From a virus (lineage: Duplodnaviria > Caudoviricetes): a DNA stretch of 64,000 bases. The position numbers and the translations under genes were made by a program. The DNA lies in the IMG/VR virus record IMGVR_UViG_3300021431_000095, positions 31,607 to 95,606 of that record; one strand, 5' to 3'. The notes beneath the pieces were generated by a model. It was not told where the DNA came from, ran no database searches, and saw only the letters and a program-made list of their open reading frames with translations. Below, piece after piece: positions 27,997-37,637 of the stretch (position 1 is the first letter of the stretch; each line of letters starts with the position of its first letter).

Positions 27997-29562
27997 ATGG
28001 CATACAGACCACCAGAGAAATGGACATATGAGTCCTGTTACGAAGAAGCAAAGAAGTACACAACTCGCTCGGAATTTAAGAAAGGATGTGAGTGTGCATA
28101 TGACAAATCCAGAAAGATGAACTGGATTGATGACTACACATGGCTCGCCGCCCCATCCAACAAGAAGTATACATACGACGAAGTCAAACTGATAGCCGAA
28201 CAATACGACTCTCTCGCAGAGTTTACCAAGAACAGTGTCGGAGCTTATCAAGCAGCCCTAAAGAATGGATGGCTCGATTCATTCACACATCTCAAACGTC
28301 GCAACAAGGATTTGACTGCAGAAGACATTATAGAACGGGCAAAACAATTCTCTTCTTATAAGGAATTCATTAATTCAAACGAGAGTCTATACAACGCTTT
28401 CCTGAAATTCTACAACTCTGGAAAGATTTCTGACAACGATCTCCCTTGGGAAGTCACTAAACGCAAATCCGAATGGACACACGAGGATTGCTACAACGAA
28501 GCAAAGAAATACGACTCCTCATGGCATTTCAAACTTGGAAACGAAAGCGCGTACAACAGGGCAAGGATTGAAGGGTGGCTCGACGAGTACACTTGGTTCA
28601 GAAATCCAAAGGCATATACGTTCGAGGAATGCGAGGAACTCGCCAAGGATTTCGATGCACCATATGCTTTCGCCAAAGCGCACCCGGGAGCATACGGTGC
28701 TGCGAAGAACAACGGATGGCTCGACAAACTTGATTTTCCCAACAGAGTTCATGAGTGGACAAAGGAGGAAGTGATTGAAAGATGTTCCAAATATGGAACG
28801 AAGAGAGACACTCTCGAAAACGACAAACGGGCATATTACGCATTCTGCAGGTTCAGGGACAAGGGAATCCTTTCAGACGAGGATATGAACTGGCAACCAG
28901 CGGAACGCACACGAGGCGACGAGTCGGATCCAATCCATTCCGTCTATGTATACGACTTCGGCGACAACACAGCCTATGTCGGCAGGACTATGAATCCCAA
29001 GAAACGCGACTCACAACACAGGAGACCGCATCATGCACATGGCAGAAGCGATCCGGACTCTGTACTTCAGCATTCTATTGACACAGGGCTTCCTATACCA
29101 GAGATGGTCATCCTTGAGGAGGGACTCGACATGCAGGAAAGCCGCCGTCAGGAGGACAGTTGGTACAATGCCTACAAGGATCTCGGCTATACAATGCTCA
29201 ACAAGGGAGCCACAGGCGAGTATGTCGGATCGGTTGGTGGATTTTCTGTGAAATGGACAAGGGAAAGGGTGACAGAGTTCGCCAAGAAATTCAACACCGT
29301 CAACGACATGCTCAACGAGGACGAGAGTGCGTACAGGGCTATGATGAGGTACAAACTTGCTGACGAGCTGTTCCCGAACAGGAGGTTCACCCACAAGTGG
29401 AGTTTCGACGAGGTCAAGGAAGCTGCTTCCAAGTATCCGACGAGGACAAGGTTCCAGAAACTTGACCAGAACATGTACTACATAGCCCGCAAGAATGGTT
29501 GGCTCGACATCCTGTTCCCGAAGAAAGAAAAACCACAGGAAAACCAAACACAGTTATTCTAA
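27997..29562 (+). CDS. free-standing GIY-YIG homing endonuclease with helical repeats
   Basis: VYVY...AYVGRT..PKKRDSQH and LNK motifs; 6 N-terminal and 2 C-terminal ~47-aa repeats. Confidence 0.82.
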   Translation: MAYRPPEKWTYESCYEEAKKYTTRSEFKKGCECAYDKSRKMNWIDDYTWLAAPSNKKYTYDEVKLIAEQYDSLAEFTKNSVGAYQAALKNGWLDSFTHLKRRNKDLTAEDIIERAKQFSSYKEFINSNESLYNAFLKFYNSGKISDNDLPWEVTKRKSEWTHEDCYNEAKKYDSSWHFKLGNESAYNRARIEGWLDEYTWFRNPKAYTFEECEELAKDFDAPYAFAKAHPGAYGAAKNNGWLDKLDFPNRVHEWTKEEVIERCSKYGTKRDTLENDKRAYYAFCRFRDKGILSDEDMNWQPAERTRGDESDPIHSVYVYDFGDNTAYVGRTMNPKKRDSQHRRPHHAHGRSDPDSVLQHSIDTGLPIPEMVILEEGLDMQESRRQEDSWYNAYKDLGYTMLNKGATGEYVGSVGGFSVKWTRERVTEFAKKFNTVNDMLNEDESAYRAMMRYKLADELFPNRRFTHKWSFDEVKEAASKYPTRTRFQKLDQNMYYIARKNGWLDILFPKKEKPQENQTQLF

Positions 29563-29581
29563 AACCAAACTTATCCGAACG

Positions 29582-29977
29582 ATGAAACAAATAGACAAGG
29601 ACAAATATTCGGTCGAAGAGTACAGGAAAGGGAGCGAGAAGCGATACAGGATAGTCGACTCCAAGAGAAAAGTCTTCGACGACGCTCAGGGATACGGCTA
29701 CAAGTCGAGTCAGAACGCTATGAAAGCCCTGTACTACAAGATAAACAAGGGAGAGATAGAGTCTCGGAACGCTGAGTTCAGGAAAATTCTGGACAGGATA
29801 AAGCCGCAGCTCAAGGAATTCGAATGGATTCTGGAGGATGTGTCGTATCTCAAGGACGGGGACTACAAGTACGACATATTCGAGGAGTTCTGGAACGCTG
29901 TGATTGAGAAATATCCTGAACTTTCCGAATACAGGACAAAGTCTTTCACAAACTATCTCAAAAACAACATCTGGTAA
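29582..29977 (+). CDS. hypothetical protein
   Basis: ATG at 29582 downstream of the HEG stop. Confidence 0.65.
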   Translation: MKQIDKDKYSVEEYRKGSEKRYRIVDSKRKVFDDAQGYGYKSSQNAMKALYYKINKGEIESRNAEFRKILDRIKPQLKEFEWILEDVSYLKDGDYKYDIFEEFWNAVIEKYPELSEYRTKSFTNYLKNNIW

Positions 29978-29978
29978 C

Positions 29979-30920
29979 ATGCTCAAATCCGAAGACTTTT
30001 TCAAGACATACATGCCGTGTACCTTGAAGTACAACGTGTTCCCCAAACTATCATATCTTCTGGAGAGCCACGGTCACTCGGACGCTGTCCTCTCAAGCGC
30101 GGAGTATGTCGCCGACATGTTCCTGCAGGACTTCGATAAAAGGAAACCCTCGTTCGCACAGCACAAGGAACAACCCTACATCGTCGAGATTCAGGGAAGG
30201 AAAGATGACTTCTTCAACAAAGTTGTCATCCACGCCAAGTATTTCGGCATGGAGGACGGATACGCCCCTGTGATGTGCTTCCTGAAGGAAAGCGGTTTCC
30301 ACGACGGGGAATACACAGTCGAGATAGCAGTAGCCATGTCGTGTGATCCATCGCTGTTCAAACCGCATGTTTTCTCGTGCTTCGGTCACGAGCTGGCTCA
30401 CGGGTACGACGAGTACATGGAGTTGAAATCGACGGGAGGGAGGCACTCGAAGTTCAGGGACTTCGAGAAAAACGAGAGGAACCAAGAATTACAGAACAGG
30501 ATTATGGACAGTCCAGACAAGAATGTCAGGGATTTCGGGCTTTTACTTCATTTCATAGACGAGACGGAGACGCAGAGCTACCAGCATGAGGTGTGTGCCG
30601 AGATTAAGGACACGTTCAATGGAAACGAGGATCTGACGACGTTCAAAACGTGCAACGACATAATGATGGGGACTGGTGTCATGAAAGTCGTGAAGGAAAA
30701 CGAGAAGTTCCTTTCGAGGATGAAGGACGGGAGCCTTGACATGTACAGGGAGATATTCCTGCAGCTGTTCGGGTATGTGTATTTCACGAGGGGGAATTTC
30801 TCGTATGAGGACATGGTGGTTTTCATAGGCAGAAGGTTCATCAAGGTCAGGAAAAAGATTGTGGAGGCGGCAGGCGGGATGTTCGTGATGAAGTATACCG
30901 ACAGGATGAGATGGAGATGA
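29979..30920 (+). CDS. putative zincin-like (HExxH) protein
   Basis: HELAHG plus downstream Glu (DETETQS); ATG at 29979. Confidence 0.55.
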   Translation: MLKSEDFFKTYMPCTLKYNVFPKLSYLLESHGHSDAVLSSAEYVADMFLQDFDKRKPSFAQHKEQPYIVEIQGRKDDFFNKVVIHAKYFGMEDGYAPVMCFLKESGFHDGEYTVEIAVAMSCDPSLFKPHVFSCFGHELAHGYDEYMELKSTGGRHSKFRDFEKNERNQELQNRIMDSPDKNVRDFGLLLHFIDETETQSYQHEVCAEIKDTFNGNEDLTTFKTCNDIMMGTGVMKVVKENEKFLSRMKDGSLDMYREIFLQLFGYVYFTRGNFSYEDMVVFIGRRFIKVRKKIVEAAGGMFVMKYTDRMRWR

Positions 30921-30946
30921 AATTTTCAAATTAGGAAAATAATCGG

Positions 30947-30954
30947 TATCTTTG
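30947..30954 (+). promoter_or_regulatory. Bacteroidota-type -7 promoter element TATCTTTG
   Basis: AATCGGTATCTTTGCA upstream of a run of small ORFs. Confidence 0.7.
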
Positions 30955-30977
30955 CAGTGTAGTGATAATTATATAAT

Positions 30978-31178
30978 ATGGATCTCGGAATAGTATACTG
31001 CCCCCACTGCGGGAATCCTTTCATAGGGACGGCGAACCTGAAGAGGCACATGAAAGCCTGTAAGCGAAAGTTGTGTGAAACGTGCGAGAGGAAAGAAGTG
31101 TGCATCAGCTCGTATGGGAGGGATCCGTACAACTGGATTGTCGCCTGCGACAAATCTGAAGAAAATAAAAAGAAATGA
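30978..31178 (+). CDS. small zinc-finger protein
   Basis: CPHC...HMKAC, CETC. Confidence 0.6.
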   Translation: MDLGIVYCPHCGNPFIGTANLKRHMKACKRKLCETCERKEVCISSYGRDPYNWIVACDKSEENKKK

Positions 31179-31423
31179 CAATGGATACATTGATGGTTTT
31201 GGTGATGCTCTATGCTGTTCCTCTGGTTTTCAACCTTGTGTACAGCATAACAACGGAATGGAAATCCCTTCATACCGTTCGTGACTTCATGTTCCCACTG
31301 GACGGCGATGAAAATATCCTGATATGGTTCCCTCTTGTGAACGCCGCCTGCATGGTTATTATGTTAGTTACATGGCTGGTTGACTGTATAGAATGGTTTA
31401 TGGATTTGAAGATAAAGAAGTAG
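31175..31423 (+). CDS. small membrane protein
   Basis: Two hydrophobic segments; ATGA overlap. Confidence 0.6.
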   Translation: MTMDTLMVLVMLYAVPLVFNLVYSITTEWKSLHTVRDFMFPLDGDENILIWFPLVNAACMVIMLVTWLVDCIEWFMDLKIKK

Positions 31424-31471
31424 TGTAGAAATGATCTCGGAATACACCGCAAATCGAAAAATACAATATAA

Positions 31472-31657
31472 ATGTTAATCGAAAAAGAAACAAAACGATA
31501 TCCCCATGCATTGAGGAACAATGTTTGCCCGATATGCAATTGTCCTGACATCATTCATGGTTTTCGCATAGGTACGTACATATGCGAAAACTGTGGTTAT
31601 GTCATAGAAGAAGAAAAGGTATGTGGCAACGAATCGATATCGATATTTAAACTCTAA
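31472..31657 (+). CDS. small zinc-ribbon protein
   Basis: CPIC...CENC. Confidence 0.55.
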   Translation: MLIEKETKRYPHALRNNVCPICNCPDIIHGFRIGTYICENCGYVIEEEKVCGNESISIFKL

Positions 31658-31844
31658 AAAGATGGAAGTGACATCTGAAAAACTGGAAATCCTTAAGAAA
31701 AGGAACTGCGGCAAGGGGAAACACAGGATACGGGAAAACAAATTCGGTGTGTGCTGGTGCATACTCTGCGGATTGCTGTCCAACACAGTGAACGCCTCTC
31801 CGTTGGGGGATGGAGAAAGTATTGTTGTCAAAAACGAAAACTGA
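31623..31844 (+). CDS. small hypothetical protein
   Basis: C..H..CILC motif; start uncertain. Confidence 0.45.
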   Translation: MATNRYRYLNSKKMEVTSEKLEILKKRNCGKGKHRIRENKFGVCWCILCGLLSNTVNASPLGDGESIVVKNEN

Positions 31845-31848
31845 AGAA

Positions 31849-32040
31849 ATGAGACATTTTGTAGACGACTACGACTCCATGGAGGAGTACGAGAGCGGAC
31901 TGGCGCACAGCAAGTGCAAGGAAGCGAATGAATATGGTGATGTTCCTTATGGCAAGGCTATGTTTTCACCAATACATACAGAGGACGGATACGACTCGAT
32001 GAAGGAATACGAGAGTAGCATAAAACATTTTCAGGAATAA
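31849..32040 (+). CDS. small hypothetical protein with duplicated YDSMxEYES motif
   Basis: DYDSMEEYES and GYDSMKEYES. Confidence 0.55.
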   Translation: MRHFVDDYDSMEEYESGLAHSKCKEANEYGDVPYGKAMFSPIHTEDGYDSMKEYESSIKHFQE

Positions 32041-32295
32041 ATGAGGAGATACATAGACGAATATCTTGAGACCCCTGATCGTGAATGGCTTTCCCCGAAC
32101 TTTTCTGAGATAAAGGAGAAAGTGCTTGAGATGCACAGGGACGGAGCAGGTGTCGACACGATTGTTAAACACCTTCAGGACTGGATGTATATTTTTAACG
32201 ACGAGGAAGAGGAGAACTGGGAGAGGGAGGTTGTGGAAAACATAATCGTGGGGAAACCTGTAGTCAACAGGTGGACAAAGGTTGAGTTTGAGTAA
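32041..32295 (+). CDS. hypothetical protein
   Basis: 84-aa ORF abutting both neighbours. Confidence 0.6.
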   Translation: MRRYIDEYLETPDREWLSPNFSEIKEKVLEMHRDGAGVDTIVKHLQDWMYIFNDEEEENWEREVVENIIVGKPVVNRWTKVEFE

Positions 32296-33092
32296 TGAAT
32301 ATAGAGATTGACAACATATATAACATGGACTGTGTCGACGGGTTATCCTGCATGGAGAAGGAATCCGTCGATTTGACTGTGACATCGCCTCCATACGACA
32401 ACATAAGATCGTATAACGGAAACATAGATCAATGGAGCTTTGAAAAGTTCAAGAAAATAGCAGACGAACTCTACAGGGTGACTAAGGACGACGGGGTTGT
32501 CGTATGGATTGTGTCCGATGGGACAGAGAACGGATCTGAGAGCCTGACGAGTTTCAAACAGGCTATCTACTTCAGGGAAATAGGTTTTTCTTTGTACGAC
32601 ACGATGATATGGGAGAAGCCGAGTCCTGCGGTTCCTACGGAGGGAAGGTATTACGACGTATTCGAGTACATGTTCGTGTTCTGCAAGGGAAACAAGCCGA
32701 AGAGCATGAACCTGATATGCGACAGACTGAACTCGTCAGCAGGAAGTGTGGCGAGGAAGGAGACGAGGAGTGCAAGGGAAGACAGGAAATACAAAGGTGA
32801 AAAAAGAGTTGTAGCAGACATGTCGAGAAGATTCAATGTATGGAATATAGGGAGAGGGAAGAATTTGAGTTCGCATCCTGCTGTGTTTCCATACGAATTG
32901 GCGAGGGATCACATAAGGAGTTGGAGCGAAGAAGGCGATATTGTTCTGGATCCGTTCATGGGGAGTGGAACGACGGCTCTGGCTGCAAAGAACAACGGGA
33001 GGCACTTCGTCGGATTCGAGATAGACAAGTCGTATTTTGAGGAAAGCGAAAGCGTTGTCGAAGCTGCCAAAAAACAAACAAGACTTTTTTGA
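32295..33092 (+). CDS. N4-cytosine/N6-adenine DNA methyltransferase (beta class)
   Basis: TSPPY precedes HPAVFP and DPFMGSGTT. Confidence 0.92.
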   Translation: MNIEIDNIYNMDCVDGLSCMEKESVDLTVTSPPYDNIRSYNGNIDQWSFEKFKKIADELYRVTKDDGVVVWIVSDGTENGSESLTSFKQAIYFREIGFSLYDTMIWEKPSPAVPTEGRYYDVFEYMFVFCKGNKPKSMNLICDRLNSSAGSVARKETRSAREDRKYKGEKRVVADMSRRFNVWNIGRGKNLSSHPAVFPYELARDHIRSWSEEGDIVLDPFMGSGTTALAAKNNGRHFVGFEIDKSYFEESESVVEAAKKQTRLF

Positions 33093-33946
33093 TGAAGACA
33101 CCATTGAGATATCCAGGAGGAAAAAGCAGAGTAGCCGAATATCTTGTTTCGCTGTTTCCTGAGTACAGGGATTACAGGGAACCTTTTCTTGGCGGCGGGA
33201 GTGTGTTTCTTGAGGCTATAGAAAAGAGACCGGATGTTCTGTACACTGTAAACGATCTTTATTATGATCTATACTGTTTTTGGAAATCGATGATTGACAG
33301 CCCGAAGTCGACTGTGGCTGAAGTGAAGAGGATAAAGGATATGTACACTGACGGAAAGGTTCTGTACAGCAAGACGATGTCTGACATATCGGCAGACAGG
33401 GAATTCGGAAAGACGATAGACGTTGCTGCGGAATTCTTCGTTCTGAACAGGATAACGTTCTCAGGAACATCGTTGAGCGGTGGATATTCCGACGAGTCGT
33501 TCAGGAAACGGTTCACTGAGTCGTCTGTTGAAAGACTTGGGGAGATGGGAAAGTTCCTTGAAGGGAAAGGGAATGTTTCTGTGTGCAACTTAGACTTCTC
33601 TGTGATTCTCGGCATGGAAGTGTATGATCCAAACCTGACGTTCGCATTCTTGGATCCGCCTTACTACAGTGCGGAGGATTCTGCCCTGTACGGAAGAAAC
33701 GGGGACAAACACAAGGGGTTCGATCATGAGAGATTGAAGAAATGCTTGGATAATTGCAATTACAAATGGTTGATGACATATGATGATTGCGGGTATATCA
33801 GGAATTTGTATAAAGATTATAACGTGAGGGAATTTGAATTCTCATACGGGATGAGGAACGCTGGTGGCGGAAACGACATGAAGGGTAAGGAGCTGCTGAT
33901 AAGCAACTATGACATAAGCGAAAGGAAAAGTGTGGAATTGTTTTAA
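33089..33946 (+). CDS. Dam-like DNA adenine methyltransferase (alpha class)
   Basis: LRYPGGKS, EPFLGGGSV, DPPY. Confidence 0.92.
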   Translation: MMKTPLRYPGGKSRVAEYLVSLFPEYRDYREPFLGGGSVFLEAIEKRPDVLYTVNDLYYDLYCFWKSMIDSPKSTVAEVKRIKDMYTDGKVLYSKTMSDISADREFGKTIDVAAEFFVLNRITFSGTSLSGGYSDESFRKRFTESSVERLGEMGKFLEGKGNVSVCNLDFSVILGMEVYDPNLTFAFLDPPYYSAEDSALYGRNGDKHKGFDHERLKKCLDNCNYKWLMTYDDCGYIRNLYKDYNVREFEFSYGMRNAGGGNDMKGKELLISNYDISERKSVELF

Positions 33947-33972
33947 TCGATATGAAAAATTGACCATATAAT
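33944..33972 (+). promoter_or_regulatory. putative phage middle promoter TAATCG-N17-TATAAT
   Basis: Copy upstream of the polymerase operon. Confidence 0.7.
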
Positions 33973-33984
33973 TTATAGAACGAA

Positions 33985-34236
33985 ATGGAAAGAGTTTATC
34001 ATCCAGCATTTGGCTGGCTGACAGATGAAGAAGATATACGAGTCTATCGACATCAATTGGAGCAGGAGGAGTATGAGGCTATGATGCAGAAAGCCTATGA
34101 TGAAGAATATAACAGGATGATGGAGAAAGAAGCAGAGGATTACTACGAGTATGAATCTGAAATGTACGAGAATCCTGATTATGAGGGGAAGCCTATATCG
34201 TTTGAAAAATGGTTGAAAATAAAATATAAAAGATAA
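33985..34236 (+). CDS. small acidic hypothetical protein
   Basis: 83 aa, E/Y-rich, ends 1 nt before the polymerase start. Confidence 0.6.
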   Translation: MERVYHPAFGWLTDEEDIRVYRHQLEQEEYEAMMQKAYDEEYNRMMEKEAEDYYEYESEMYENPDYEGKPISFEKWLKIKYKR

Positions 34237-34237
34237 C

Positions 34238-36733
34238 ATGGCTTTAATGAAATTGAAATGCCTTGATGGGAAGGAAATCGATCCAGAGACCTGTCCGATA
34301 GAGGAACTTGAGAGTATAAAGGATGCCTGCAAGAGGGAGGAGGACTACTGGAACACCATGCAGCTGAGTGCTAAGACTTTCATTAACAGTGTGTACGGTG
34401 TGTTTGGTACGAGTTACTTCAATCTGGCGAATATCGACATTGCTGAAAGCATCACTTTGCAGGGTCAGGACTTGATCAAGTACAGCGTTATAAAGGTGGA
34501 CGACTACTTCAAGAACATGTGGCATTTGGATTACGAAGGTCACAAGAGGGTGTCTGACATCATGATAAACGAGTATGGATTCAAGGATTTCGACAGGGAG
34601 AATTTCGAGAGGATGGCAAGGACACCTCTTCAGTTCAATACTCTTCAAATATACGGCGACTCAGTTGCAGGCGACAGCCGAATTCTGCTGAAATACGGAG
34701 ACAACTATTTTACAAAGGAGATTCAGGAACTGTTCAATGAGTTCTGTGACAGCGACAGTGGCGACAAGATCCGCGTCAAAGTAGGTAGCAAGTATCTGGT
34801 CGGTACTTATGATCCTGAAACAGACAAACCGATATACAGAGGAATCGACTATGTCATGCGCCATAAGACGAATAAACGCAGATTCCGTATATGTCTTGAT
34901 GGAGGAAACAGTGTTGTTGTCACAGAGGATCATTCCATCATGGTGCTCAAAGACGATAATCTTGTCGAGGCTGCCGTCAAGGATCTGCATATAGGCGATA
35001 AACTTATTGTCTATGCAAACAGAGAAAGTGTTGTCCAAAAAGACATACATTCCATTATATATGTTGGGTGTGACGATGAATATGTGTACGATCTGTGTGT
35101 ATTTGCAGATAAAGATATCCAGCATACATTTTTTGCTGACAATATACTTGTTCACAATACCGACAGTGTGTCTGGCGACACCGTTGTTGTGACTAAGAAT
35201 CACCCGAATGGTATATCGATAGAGCGACTGTATGGAGAGAATGCAGAGTATGCAGTTGAATTCGGAGACAATCACGAGTCGGTGCTGACAGGGGATATGG
35301 TTTTAAATTACTATGACAACGAATTGTATGTCGCTCCCGTGTCAAGAATAATCCGACACAAAGTCACAAAGGATAAGTATTTGTTAAAAGCGTTCAACTC
35401 AGGAAACGCGGTCGAATGCACATCAGATCATTCGCTTGTCGTATACAGACAGAATGGAGACGAGGGCAAATATGTTTCTGCTGTAGTGAAACCGTATGAA
35501 ATCAGGAATGGGGATCTTGTCGTCACATGCAAGAACGATTCATATACATTCGAGGAAGCAACCTGTGAGAAGATCGGGGAATATAATGATGAATATGTAT
35601 ACGACATAGAGATGGACGACTTGACTTCCACATTTGTGGCAAACGGAATACTGGTTCACAACTCCGCATACCTGACAATGGAGCCTCTGTTGAACTTGTA
35701 CGGTATACCAGACGATCAGATGGTCAAGTTCTGTCTCGCTGTCTACAAGGCTGTCATGGAGAAGTACCTTGACGACAAATTCGACGAGTACGCCGCACAT
35801 TTCCACTGCAAGGAGAACCTTGAGAAGTTCGAGTTGGAAAAGGTATCGCGTGCAGTCATCATGCTCGCCAAGAAGAACTATATGTGCGATGTTGCATGGA
35901 TTGACTCGGGTGTGTTTTTCGAGCAGGGACACCACATCACATACACAGGCTACGATGTCGTGAAGGGAGCAACAACAAACTTCTGCAGGGAGGAGATGAA
36001 GAATTTCACCAACTTCTGCTTCCAGAAAATACATGAGGGAAGAATCCCGACACAGGGAGAATGTGTGCAGCTTCTCAGGGGAATGAAGCAGAGGTTCGCC
36101 ATGCAATCACCTAACGAGATTGGAAAGACTGTCAGTATATCGGAATATGAGAAGTTCGTGAAAGCCGACAACAAGCCACAGATTGAATATTTCAACTATT
36201 CATCGGCCACAGTGATGGAGGCTTCCCCATCGTCCGACAAAATTGTGTTCGCTTCTGTCCCTGGAAACTGGAAGAAGGACGACATTGTCTCGTTCTACAC
36301 TAACGTCGGTGGGCAGGTCAGCAAAATAAGCACATTGAAGATAGCGGCTATACATGGCAACACAGTGACGTTCTCTTCTCTGTACGCGAACATACCTAAC
36401 GGTTGCGAGGCTATCAACGAGAACAGGAAGACACCTGTGCCCATACATGTGAGGGCTGCAGCGGTGTACAACAACACCATACTTGTGAAGAACAGGAAAT
36501 ACCTGAGTAAGTACGAGCTTCTGAAGTCCGGAGACAAGATCAGGTTCTACTACACAAGCGAGGACGAGGTGTTCGGGTTCATCCCCGACAACTTCCCCTA
36601 TGAGTTCGCGCCTCCTGTGGATGTGGACGTACAGTTTGACAAGAGCCTACTGTCTCCGATAAATAGGATTATTGTGGCACTCGGACTGAACGAGGTTCCG
36701 CCGAGCCTTACATATTCGGTCGGATTGTTCTAA
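34238..36733 (+). CDS. family B DNA polymerase, C-terminal subunit (gp43B-like), with two inteins
   Basis: Motif B KTFINSVYG, motif C YGD/TD/S interrupted twice, KKNY, PIHVRAA; no exonuclease domain or motif A. Confidence 0.92.
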   Translation: MALMKLKCLDGKEIDPETCPIEELESIKDACKREEDYWNTMQLSAKTFINSVYGVFGTSYFNLANIDIAESITLQGQDLIKYSVIKVDDYFKNMWHLDYEGHKRVSDIMINEYGFKDFDRENFERMARTPLQFNTLQIYGDSVAGDSRILLKYGDNYFTKEIQELFNEFCDSDSGDKIRVKVGSKYLVGTYDPETDKPIYRGIDYVMRHKTNKRRFRICLDGGNSVVVTEDHSIMVLKDDNLVEAAVKDLHIGDKLIVYANRESVVQKDIHSIIYVGCDDEYVYDLCVFADKDIQHTFFADNILVHNTDSVSGDTVVVTKNHPNGISIERLYGENAEYAVEFGDNHESVLTGDMVLNYYDNELYVAPVSRIIRHKVTKDKYLLKAFNSGNAVECTSDHSLVVYRQNGDEGKYVSAVVKPYEIRNGDLVVTCKNDSYTFEEATCEKIGEYNDEYVYDIEMDDLTSTFVANGILVHNSAYLTMEPLLNLYGIPDDQMVKFCLAVYKAVMEKYLDDKFDEYAAHFHCKENLEKFELEKVSRAVIMLAKKNYMCDVAWIDSGVFFEQGHHITYTGYDVVKGATTNFCREEMKNFTNFCFQKIHEGRIPTQGECVQLLRGMKQRFAMQSPNEIGKTVSISEYEKFVKADNKPQIEYFNYSSATVMEASPSSDKIVFASVPGNWKKDDIVSFYTNVGGQVSKISTLKIAAIHGNTVTFSSLYANIPNGCEAINENRKTPVPIHVRAAAVYNNTILVKNRKYLSKYELLKSGDKIRFYYTSEDEVFGFIPDNFPYEFAPPVDVDVQFDKSLLSPINRIIVALGLNEVPPSLTYSVGLF
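34661..35158 (+). mobile_element. mini-intein 1 (166 aa) at YGD|TDS
   Basis: Starts SVAGDS, block B TEDH, block F VYDL, ends VHN followed by Thr. Confidence 0.92.
35165..35662 (+). mobile_element. mini-intein 2 (166 aa) at YGDTD|S
   Basis: Starts SVSGDT, block B TSDH, block F VYDI, ends VHN followed by Ser. Confidence 0.92.
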
Positions 36734-36757
36734 AAATAAAACAAAAGCAATATAAAA

Positions 36758-37636
36758 ATGGATATCAAAAATTATAGTAGAGAAAATATAGGATGGAAGG
36801 ATTTCATCGCAACAAATAAAAAATTTATCTGGAATTTCTTAAACGACGGATACAAATCCGCAGGATACGATGGATTCTATGGTTGTTACGACGAACGAAG
36901 TTTGTCGAGAAACACATGCCAAGTAACATTTGTTGAGGACAACAATAAAATTGTAGCGGTTTCTGTATATACAGATTATCAAGAAGGAAAGAAGTGTGTT
37001 GGAATATCTAAAACAACAGATCCAAAATTATCACGAGCTGGTTCGGAAGGAGTAAAGAAAATCATAAGGAGAGATATTGGGTTATATAGTGATTTTTATT
37101 GGTGTGAGTGCAGTGGAGCTATTGAACATCTGTATGAAAAATATCATGGCATTAAAATACCTGTTGAATATGCTCCTATGATTCTCGGGAAAAAACAGAT
37201 AAGCTTTATAGAGGGAGACGATTATCATTATACTAGAGAAATTAACGGAGAGCAAGAAACTAAAATTATATTTGGGTTTAACAGCAAGGATACATATAAT
37301 CTTGTGATAGAAAAATATAGAGAATATGTAAAAGAGTCAACAAAATGGATTGATGAACACCAAGATCTTTTGGAATCTGATGATTCTGAATTGAGTAAAC
37401 AGATAAAGAAAGCAAAGGGGGTTGTCAAGATTTTTGTTGGAATGAGAATAGAGGATGGGGTGTATGAATTTCCGGATGATTGTTTGAGTCTATTAAAGGA
37501 TAATATTGATTTTCTTGAAAATGTTATAGAAAAAAATATTTGTCCAGATGAACTGAAACACTCAGTGAATGTTATGATTGATTATGGGAAAGATGTATAT
37601 GATTCATCTACTTCTTTAGAAATTAATAAGTTATAA
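36758..37636 (+). CDS. hypothetical protein (AT-rich gene)
   Basis: 292-aa ORF visibly lower in GC than its flanks. Confidence 0.7.
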   Translation: MDIKNYSRENIGWKDFIATNKKFIWNFLNDGYKSAGYDGFYGCYDERSLSRNTCQVTFVEDNNKIVAVSVYTDYQEGKKCVGISKTTDPKLSRAGSEGVKKIIRRDIGLYSDFYWCECSGAIEHLYEKYHGIKIPVEYAPMILGKKQISFIEGDDYHYTREINGEQETKIIFGFNSKDTYNLVIEKYREYVKESTKWIDEHQDLLESDDSELSKQIKKAKGVVKIFVGMRIEDGVYEFPDDCLSLLKDNIDFLENVIEKNICPDELKHSVNVMIDYGKDVYDSSTSLEINKL

Positions 37637-37637
37637 A

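Noticed and set aside
34661-35662. Inteins as a recent tandem duplication or assembly repeat
   Set aside because: The lengths are equal but the sequences are strongly diverged outside the conserved blocks.
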